Positions 54,500 through 64,000 of a stretch of DNA of 64,000 bases are shown one piece after another. Position numbers and translations under genes: made by a program. The stretch comes from Octopus vulgaris (Eukaryota): assembly GCA_951406725.2 (NCBI GenBank), contig OX597827.1, positions 62,620,001-62,684,000 on the forward strand, in the 5' to 3' direction. A model generated the notes under the pieces. The model was given only the letters and a program-made list of their open reading frames with translations. It was not told the origin of the DNA and ran no database searches. Numbering within the stretch: the stretch's first letter is position 1; each line of letters opens with the position of its first letter.

Positions 54500-55050
54500 C
54501 TAAGCATTTCCCTTTACGCATTTAGGTTTGAGATATTCCGAGGCAAAAGATGATACCTTATTCACGTTGGTACCGGAATAATGCAAAAACATGGAATGAG
54601 TTGCAAACAAACACCAAAAAAAAGGAACTAGGATGTATGGGTTGATTAGTGGAAGTAGTCGGTGGAGAGTGGTCCAATGTTATCAGTCGGGAAGCCGTTG
54701 CTGCTCCACGAACCTAAAAGTATTTCTAGTTCTATGAAATCTAGATACAGTTAGGTGCACAGTCGGTATTTGATGCTATAGAGAACATTCACGTTGTAAC
54801 AGATTAAAAGGATGTGAAGTATGAGATGTTGCTACATCATCTAAGAGTGGTTATATTCAGGAAGAATGGATGGTAGTGTAACAGGGATGGAAATACGTAA
54901 TAATCAGGGTTTCATGCGTGTTTGAAGAAGCTGCGGACTAGAAAGTCAAATAGATTTCGGGGGCGATTAAAGAAGATGGTTTGATCGACGAAATGATGGA
55001 GAATAATAAGATGAGACTATAACGGATCAAAGAGAGTGAATGCAATCCTC
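54500..55050 (-). pseudogene. Highly decayed Penelope-like GIY-YIG endonuclease region
   Basis: Minus frames: FNRPRNLFDFLVRS (cf. P.NL.D.LVRS), NVLYSIKYRLCT*LYL (cf. NVIY.I.C..C..LYIG), FRFVEQ (cf. RF.EH). Confidence 0.45.
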
Positions 55051-55407
55051 GAAAATAGCAATCATGTAACTATAACTAACGGTTACATACTGATATGAAT
55101 CATTATGAAGGACAACCACATCACCACATAAACGGCAACCAGCACCTTCAATACCCATTTAGATATTATATTTCAGACCCATGAATGAGAATGTAAAATA
55201 CACGAAAAATGCTGATATGCAGAAATAAGCAGGTTTATCAAACTACAATTATAAATACAGTGCACACTCGTTTGAGACTGCGCAAGAGTTCAACATATTG
55301 AGAGTGTGGGAAAAAAAGGTACTCAATGTTTTTAGAAACAAACATACAAACATACAAACATACATACACCCACATATACACATTTTTAGTAACGTTTGTA
55401 CAATGAT

Positions 55408-55473
<66 letters not shown>

Positions 55474-55600
55474 TCATTTATTTGACAACGGCCATGCTGG
55501 AGCACCGCTTGGCGGGTTTCAGTTGAACAAATCGGCCCAAGGACTTATTCTTTGTAAGCCATATAGTACTTATTCTATCGGTTTCTTTTGCTGAACAGCA

Positions 55601-55639
<39 letters not shown>

Positions 55640-55718
55640 TGTATATATGTATTCATAAATACACGACAGGATTCTTTCAGTTTCCGTGTACCAAATTTCA
55701 ACTATATATATATATATA

Positions 55719-55925
55719 CTTTATTTAAAAGTAGCAGAAAAGTAGCAGAAATAATACAAAAGCTATTAGTTAGAGTTTCACGTTCCCGTTCGTCGGACGA
55801 ACGAAATCGTGAAACTCTGAGTAACAGCTTTTGTTATATTTCTGCTGCTTTTAAATAAAGCATATTACTCTACCTCTGGTGCTCTTTATTCCACCTTGTT
55901 TCACATTTATGTGCTTACTCCGGTA
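55719..55925 (+). mobile_element. Penelope-like terminus forming a ~140-bp imperfect palindrome with hammerhead-like halves
   Basis: 55719-55795 is the reverse complement of 55796-55860; minus gt-CCGACGA-acg-ggaa-cgt-GAAA-ctc, plus GACGA-acg-aaat-cgt-GAAA-ctc-t-gag-TA-aca; homologue at 63250-63392. Confidence 0.6.
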
Positions 55926-56633
55926 TATGTATATATATATATATAGACGTACACGTATGATATATGTATTTAAGCATAAGCACCTGAACAGTTAAAACAC
56001 ACGTACGTTAAGATTGCCACCCATCAGTGTAAATGTATAACTAGGCATAAATGTTTACAATCGTATTCATAAAGTAGCATTTATATGGAGTTTCGTCACT
56101 TAGTGTATATGAAGAGGATATACAGAAGCACGCACACATGCACACTCGCACACACAAAGCTATCATAGTCTCTCTCTCTCTCTCTCTCCCTCACTCTCTC
56201 TCTCTCGCGCGCGCTCACCTTTTCTCTTCCGTCCTCTCTTCCTTTCTCTCTCTTTGGCTTTCTATGGTTTTCCGTGTGTTACACACAAGCACGCATTTCT
56301 AAACCGCATAAGAACATCCAAATTCATTAATGCTCTTATGCAGAGGAATACGCACAGAAAAAGCACACGGATACGTATAAATATATAATACACACATACA
56401 TACACACACACACATACACATACATACATACATACATACATACATACATCCATACATACATACATACACACACACATACATATGCATTTACATATATAAG
56501 GTATATAATATATATATCAAATATATAAACACAGGTGTATATATATTTACAGTCACACACACATACATGAATAGATACATACATACATATATATATATAT
56601 ACATATATATATGTATATATATACATATATATG

Positions 56634-56671
<38 letters not shown>

Positions 56672-56796
56672 TATAAACACACACACACATATATATATGT
56701 ATATATGTAACATGAATAATATATAAATATATGTAATATATATATATATGCATGTATATATATTTCTATATATGCATGTGTGCATCTATGCATGTA

Positions 56797-56868
<72 letters not shown>

Positions 56869-57468
56869 TGTATGTATGTATGTATGTACACACACACATA
56901 CATTGATCGAAGGCAAGTTAAGATGCCAAATAGAAGAGAAAAAAAATTCAGCAAGCGTAGCCTGAAGAATATTTAGTAAATAAAGATGAAGTTGATATTT
57001 GTAGTGGATCGAAAAACCTAACATTCGGGTTGAATTCTATGATTTGCAGATAAACATGGTGTATCTTCTGATCTGAGAGACTGAACGCTTGCATGGCTTC
57101 TTGAAGTTTCCCAATGGTATGTTAAAGCAGTGTAGATAAGACATTCTTGCATATGCATATGCGTGTGAGAATGCATTTACACAGACACATAAACGCACAC
57201 ACGCGCGTAGACAAACATGGAGACACACAAAAACACATACTCACACATATATATGTATGTATGTATGGACAGATGTATATATGTATATATGCTGGTATGT
57301 ATGTATTTGTGTATTCATGTATATACACACCCATAAATTTACACACAGACGCATTGCATATAATTTTGAACGTGTCTGAGTGCATGTGCGTATGTGAATG
57401 CGCATATGTATATATGTGTAAGGGCATATATGCATATACGCACATACATATATATGTATGTATTCTTA

Positions 57469-57504
<36 letters not shown>

Positions 57505-57506
57505 TA

Positions 57507-57538
<32 letters not shown>

Positions 57539-57828
57539 ACTGTGTCCATTTATAGATTTATATGTATGTTTATATATATTTATATATACGTATATATATA
57601 TATATACTTATATATATATATATATTTATAAAGTATCTGGATATATATATATATATATACATACGTACAGGCTCACATACATACGTGCCAATATATACAT
57701 GCAAATACTGAGAATGTGTAACAGTTCATACTCAATATACGATGTTATACACACATACATACACACACATGCTGACAAGCATACATGCTCAACATGCACA
57801 AACACACACTCATAAAAACCGCACGTAT

Positions 57829-57867
<39 letters not shown>

Positions 57868-57987
57868 TAGATATATGTGTATGCATGTGTATATATGTGC
57901 GTGTGTAAAACACAGAAATATATATCTAAATGTGGCAGTGTCGTGCGCAACAAGGCAGCCCATTGAATCAGGGACATATAACCAGCA

Positions 57988-58043
<56 letters not shown>

Positions 58044-58081
58044 CATATATGTACATCTCTCTATTTACATATGTATGCGTG

Positions 58082-58121
<40 letters not shown>

Positions 58122-58389
58122 AATATGCACGCCTCATACGCACACATGAAGTATGTGAACATGTCTCTGTGTGTGATAATAAGACTGACGTTAATTCAAT
58201 AGAAGACGCCTTAGACACTTTGAACAGTTTAATCAATATCTCACTCACTTATGACCTCAACGAGTATTAGAGAATATTGCATATATATCTTCGAACCCAT
58301 ACATGTGTCTGTGCGTTACTCTGTCTTTCTCTCAAGATACATATCGGTACATACATACATGCACATACCTGTCTCTCTCTATATTTATC

Positions 58390-58487
<98 letters not shown>

Positions 58488-58699
58488 GATAGATATACAT
58501 ATGTATGTGCTTGCGTTTTCGCGCTGGTGTTCATCTCAGTCAAGAGCAATAATACTCCTGTTAAGTACAGTGAAAGAAACTAAATTTTTGCTTGCTTGCT
58601 TGCTTTCGTCGCTACTTGGTTATTCTCGTTGTCGTGCTTCCACCATCAACAGATGAATGAGGACGAGAAATGACGATTGGTGACTCACGCAATACTAAA

Positions 58700-59003
<304 letters not shown>

Positions 59004-59228
59004 GAGCTGGCAGAATCGTTAGCACGCCAGCCGAAATGCTTAGCGGTATTTTGTCTGCCGCCATGTTCTGAGTTCAAATTCTGCCGAGGTCGACTTTGCC
59101 TTTTATCCTTTCGGGGTCGATAATTAGAGTACCAGTTTCGCACACGGGTCGATGTAATCGACTTAATCCGTTTGTCTGTCCTTGTTTGTCCCCTCTATGT
59201 TTAACCCCTTGTGGGTAGTAAAGAAATA
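59004..59228 (+). mobile_element. SINE family A, full-length
   Basis: gagctggcagaatcgttagcacgcc...gtgggtagtaaagaaata. Confidence 0.85.
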
Positions 59229-59663
59229 TATCTATCTATATATATATACACTCTCACACATATTAAATTGATTTTAACTTATCTTAGCGCTAATCTTTAG
59301 CGTGTCGTTGAAATTATTTAGTGCTCTTTCTTGAAGCTCACCACGTTTAGAGTTCAAATTCCACCGAGGTCAACGTTACTGTTCCCTATAATCATGTGAG
59401 GGTCGATGAAATACATACCAGCTGAGCACTGGGGTCTATGTAAATCAAATGACCTTAGTATGAACGGAATATTTGCTCCTGGTGTATTAGAATTTATGCT
59501 GCTTCCTAATACGTTGTCCCTAGTAAAAATTATACGTCACCCATATTCAGGAGGTTCTTTATAGGTTCTTCTTGGCGAAATCATTCTAGTAAGTCAATAA
59601 TTTATGATATACACCTCTATCTAATATGATACAACATAAATCATTAATCCATGTTGCATAGTA

Positions 59664-59804
59664 TAAGGTTGTCCCAAAAGTTCGTGGAAAGTCTTGGAAA
59701 ATAATGGTCTTTATTTTGAGGAATAATTTTTGTTGTTTTTGTTAGTACTTGGCGAGTAAAAATTCAATTTTCGCAAGTGTTTACGAACTTTTGGGACAAC
59801 CTAA
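59664..59804. mobile_element. Mariner-type MITE, 141 bp
   Basis: TIRs taaggttgtcccaaaagttcgt / acgaacttttgggacaacctaa; TA on both sides (59662-63, 59805-06). Confidence 0.85.
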
Positions 59805-60350
59805 TATTTAATAGAGCTGTATTTTTTTTTATGTTGTTTAAATACCTGTAACCGCCCACACTGAATTAGATTATATTATGCAAATTACCTTAGTCATAAA
59901 TTCGTTCTACTCCCTTTTGCATAAATCTAAGTCCTTTGATTACTGGAGGTAAGTTGGAACAGTTGTCATGCTCAAGATGGATGGCTCTTGAGTCAGATAC
60001 ACACGCCTACGACTGTCCCTTTTATCTCAAATAATAAACCCGGTATATTGTTCAGCATCAGTCTGCTTGTTCATTCGTGAAAGGGATTTGAGCAGTAACA
60101 CCGACCTAATGATTGCTAATAATTCTTTCTATTAGAGGCAGAAAGCCTGAAATTTTGGGGAAGCAGTGCCGGTCCATGACACCCACTCCAGTGCTCAACT
60201 GATATTTATTTCATCGACCCTGAAAGAATGAAAGGACTTTTTTAAATATGCTAAGCCATTGGTTTTAATTGATTAATATCAATTTCTACTCTTATTATTT
60301 AATTTTTTATATAGTTAGATAGATAGATAAATACATATATATTGTATATA

Positions 60351-60403
<53 letters not shown>

Positions 60404-60421
60404 CACACATGTATATATACA

Positions 60422-60457
<36 letters not shown>

Positions 60458-60654
60458 ATGTATATATACATATACATGTATATATACATATACATGTGTG
60501 TATGCATGTAAGTGTATCTGTGTGTCTTTATGTATAGCTAGATACAGATACAAATATACACGCATATATATTGATAGTTATTTTATATATCTATATGTGG
60601 GTTTAGATATACACCCACATATAGTGTGGGCACTCGTTTGTCAATAGACACGTG

Positions 60655-60694
<40 letters not shown>

Positions 60695-61587
60695 AATTCA
60701 TATTTTTATCTATCTTTGTGTCTCTATCTATCTATTTATCTCTCTATTTCTCCTCCTCTCTCTCTCTCACTCTCTCACTCTCTTTCTATATATATTCGCA
60801 CAAAATGACTACTATGATGAGATATAGAATCTCAACTTGTTTCAAATTATGCAACTTCTCCTGCAAATGACACCTGAGCTATCACTTTAAACATAATCAC
60901 AATACAGCGACACCATTACAACATCATACTAAAATATCATCTCTTTTGTGTCTGATTGAAACTAAGAATAAATTATTTACTTATGTCCCAAAATAATCAC
61001 TGATCCAACAGCTTTTATTGGCCGCAGCTTGATACTGGTTCTCCAATATCCACAACATTAAACTTACGCATGCTGACCGCTGGTTTATGTTTTTCTCATC
61101 CATAACATTCAGCATCTAATTTGAGTGACTTTTCCTATAATAGGACAAAGATGTCGTAATCAACTCGCAGAAAAAATGAAAATAAATAATTGAATAAATA
61201 CGTGAATAAATATAAGAAACCAAAGAAAGAAAGAGAAAAGAATAACCATTAATCTATTCTATAACAGACAAGCAGCAATTAATAGAGACTTTGGTGTAAG
61301 TACGCGACTGGATTCGCAATACATAGACGTCACCTTGCAATATGTGGACGACAGCAAGGAGTAGAAGACGTAAGGAAATTAACAAACAGCAAATACTAAA
61401 CACTATTTTTAGAAAACTGAAAACAGATTTAAGACGCCATCCTGTAAGGTAATTATATAATAGTTGAAGAAATCATCTCACATTTTATTTTCTCAAAGAC
61501 AACAGGAGTCCGCTTATAAATGAATTAAAGTGAGGTGGATTTGTTCCATAATTGTCAAGAGAAAAACTAATTAATTTATGATTTTCA

Positions 61588-61991
61588 ACTCTTTTACTCT
61601 CTTTTACTTGTTTCAGTCATTTGACTGCGGCCATGCTGGAGCACCGCCTTTAAACGAGCAACTCGATACCGGGACTTATTCTTTTGTAAGCCCAGTACTT
61701 ATTCTATCGGTCTCCTTTGCCGAACCGCTAAGTAACGGGGACATAAACACACCAGCATCGGTTGTCAAGCAATGCTAGGGGTACAAACACAGACACACAC
61801 ACACACTCATATATATATACATATATACGACGGGCTTCTTTCAGTTTCTGTCTACCAAATCCACTCACAAGGCTTTGGTCGGCCCGAGGCTATAGTAGAA
61901 GACACTTGCCCAAGGTGCCACGCAGTAGGACTGAACCCGGAACTATGTGGCTGGTAAACAAGCTACTTACCACACAGCCACTCCGGCGCCT
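61588..61991 (-). mobile_element. SINE family B, full-length
   Basis: Near-consensus copy. Confidence 0.9.
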
Positions 61992-62196
61992 AACATTGAA
62001 CTGTGTGTATCGTAGTGAACATTTTTATGGTCTAAGTCAGTACGAAAAAGGCAACATCCCAACATATGTCTAATGCGGCTACGAGACATGTGAAAACGGG
62101 GTCTATGGAGAAACAGCAAAACGCAGGGCAGAGATGAAAATTTGTGTTGTGAACCCAGAAATATTGGTCCTTTCAAGATAGAATCTCCAATGTATT

Positions 62197-62630
62197 ACTC
62201 TCTTTTACTCCTTTATTTGTTTCAGTCATTTGACTGTGGCCATGCTGGAGCACCGCCTTTAGTCGGGCAAAACGACCCCAGGACTTATTCTTTGTAAGCC
62301 TAGCACTTATTCTATCTGCCCCTTTTGCTGCACCGTTAAGTTACGGGGACGTAAACACACCAACATCTGTTGTCAAGCTATGTTGGGGAGACAAACACAG
62401 GCACACAAGCATATACACACACACGTACATACATACATACATGCATACATACATACATACATACATATATATATATATGCGACGGGCTTCTTTCAGTTTC
62501 CATCTACCAAATCCACTGACAGGCTTTAGTTGGCCCGAGGCTATAGTAGAAGATACTTGCCCAAGGTGCCAAGCTGTGGGACTGAACCCGGAACCATGTG
62601 GTTCGTAAGCAAGCTATACCACACATCCAC
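62197..62630 (-). mobile_element. SINE family B, full-length
   Basis: Near-consensus copy. Confidence 0.85.
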
Positions 62631-62739
62631 TATAACGCTTATGTAATATTCTGCATATTACTGCAACATCATTGACAGACATGGAGAAGTTTAAGTATTG
62701 GGTTGGCACTGTCCCACAATACGCACACCATCATTTGAC

Positions 62740-63226
62740 GGGGTTAGAGGTCTGGTTTCACGCGCGGTGTCGCTCGTTTACAGGATCTAAGCCATCCTTA
62801 TGATGTTTCATATTAATATTCAGGCACCATTTTTCGTAGCCAGTAACGATTCGGTAAAGAAATCGTTGCGTGTGTCCATGAGTTGAGCGGTGACGAGCAA
62901 GCAAACTAGCGGAGATTGTGGGTCGTTGATTTTTGTTGTTGTCACTTAAAACATGCAGGGCCCATGCTCCGTACTTCTGGACCTTTCCCATCGAGTGAAG
63001 ATGCTTCTCTAAAGCAGTGTAGGAGCATTCCATTTTCTCTGCCAGTTCCTTCGTCGTTTGACGAGAATTTTCGTGCGAAAGTTGGCTTAATCGCTCTTCA
63101 TCGAACTCAACTGGACAGCCAGAACGAGGTGCGTTTTTTGAGGTCAAAATGTCCATTTTTGAAATTGGCATACCAATCACGAGCAGTTCTTTCAGGTATG
63201 GCATCCTCTTCATACACGACACAAAT
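62740..63226 (-). pseudogene. Mariner (DD34D-type) transposase fragment, frameshifted
   Basis: ICVVYEEDAIPERTARDWYANFKNGHFDLK / APRSGCPVEFD...TTKELAEKM...KYGAWALHVL (WVPHEL motif)...FLYRIVTGYEKW (TGDEKW motif). Confidence 0.88.
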
Positions 63227-63249
63227 GTATATATATATATATATATATA

Positions 63250-63389
63250 CTTTATTAAAAAGTAGAAACATATCACAAAAGCTTTCTCAGTTGTGATATT
63301 TTTGCTACTTTTTAATAAGGCATATTACTCCACCTCTGGTATTCGAGTACTATTTTTTCCAGCTTGTTTCGCATTTACGTGTTTACTGT

Positions 63390-63392
<3 letters not shown>
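63250..63392 (+). mobile_element. Penelope-like terminus with short inverted 5' segment (same family as 55719-55925)
   Basis: ctttattaaaaagtagaaacatatcacaa / ttgtgatatttttgctactttttaataag inverted; shared gcatattactc.acctctggt tail; embedded in (TA)n. Confidence 0.6.
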
Positions 63393-63471
<79 letters not shown>

Positions 63472-63489
63472 TATATACATATATATACA

Positions 63490-63569
<80 letters not shown>

Positions 63570-64000
63570 TTGCGTGAATAAAATTTCAATCGATATTTGT
63601 TCCACCACAAGTTAAAAGACACTTCCTTATTTCTTTGCTTCTCACGCCGTCGGAACTATCATGACTGATGGTTTTTCCCGTATGATACCTTTAACGAAAT
63701 GATACTATTTTACACAAACTGCGATATGAAATAAGTACGTAGCAATATTATTATTATTAGAATTACTGAATCATTTGTAGCTGTTGATAAGATACTATAA
63801 ACTGAACAGTCACCAGCTGAGATCCTATCAATAGCCATATACCATGTCATTGACAAACAACTTCATCCCCTCTCCTAAATACCACAATGAATTGCCGGCA
63901 CTTTACAGTAAGAGTTTGCAGTATTGAAGAAGTAAAGAGATTCTCGTGTGCTTGAAGCTATGGGCTACCATATTCCTGTGGTTAAAGCGTCGGGGAAGGG

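Noticed and set aside
62758-63276. Intact or domesticated mariner transposase gene
   Set aside because: Frameshifted, catalytic D replaced (TGYEKW), truncated, and the ORF start lies in an unrelated repeat

Overview
AT-rich, microsatellite-saturated eukaryotic DNA. It is most likely from an octopus or other cephalopod; this is inferred from the SINE families and repeat landscape and was not confirmed by a search. I found no intact host protein-coding gene. Nearly all ORFs in the track are translations of (TA)n, (CA)n, (TATC)n, (TAA)n and (GA)n runs. The window contains dozens of copies of about five tRNA-headed SINE families, R4/Dong-clade non-LTR retrotransposon fragments stacked inside (TAA)n arrays, an RTE LINE fragment, mariner/Tc1 relics, a mariner MITE and a decayed GIY-YIG (Penelope-like) fragment. 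The main signal the ORF track misses is RNA-level: about nine unrelated repeat families carry type I hammerhead ribozyme motifs (CUGANGA...GAAA, mostly with palindromic stem III), some intact and some decayed. They include a highly structured, covarying ~340-350 bp tandem 'retrozyme'-like family (2580-3221, 22537-22955), Penelope-like tandem/inverted termini, and a tRNA-headed SINE with a hammerhead-bearing tail (38491-39135). All motifs and structures were read by eye, and coordinates of decayed repeats are approximate.
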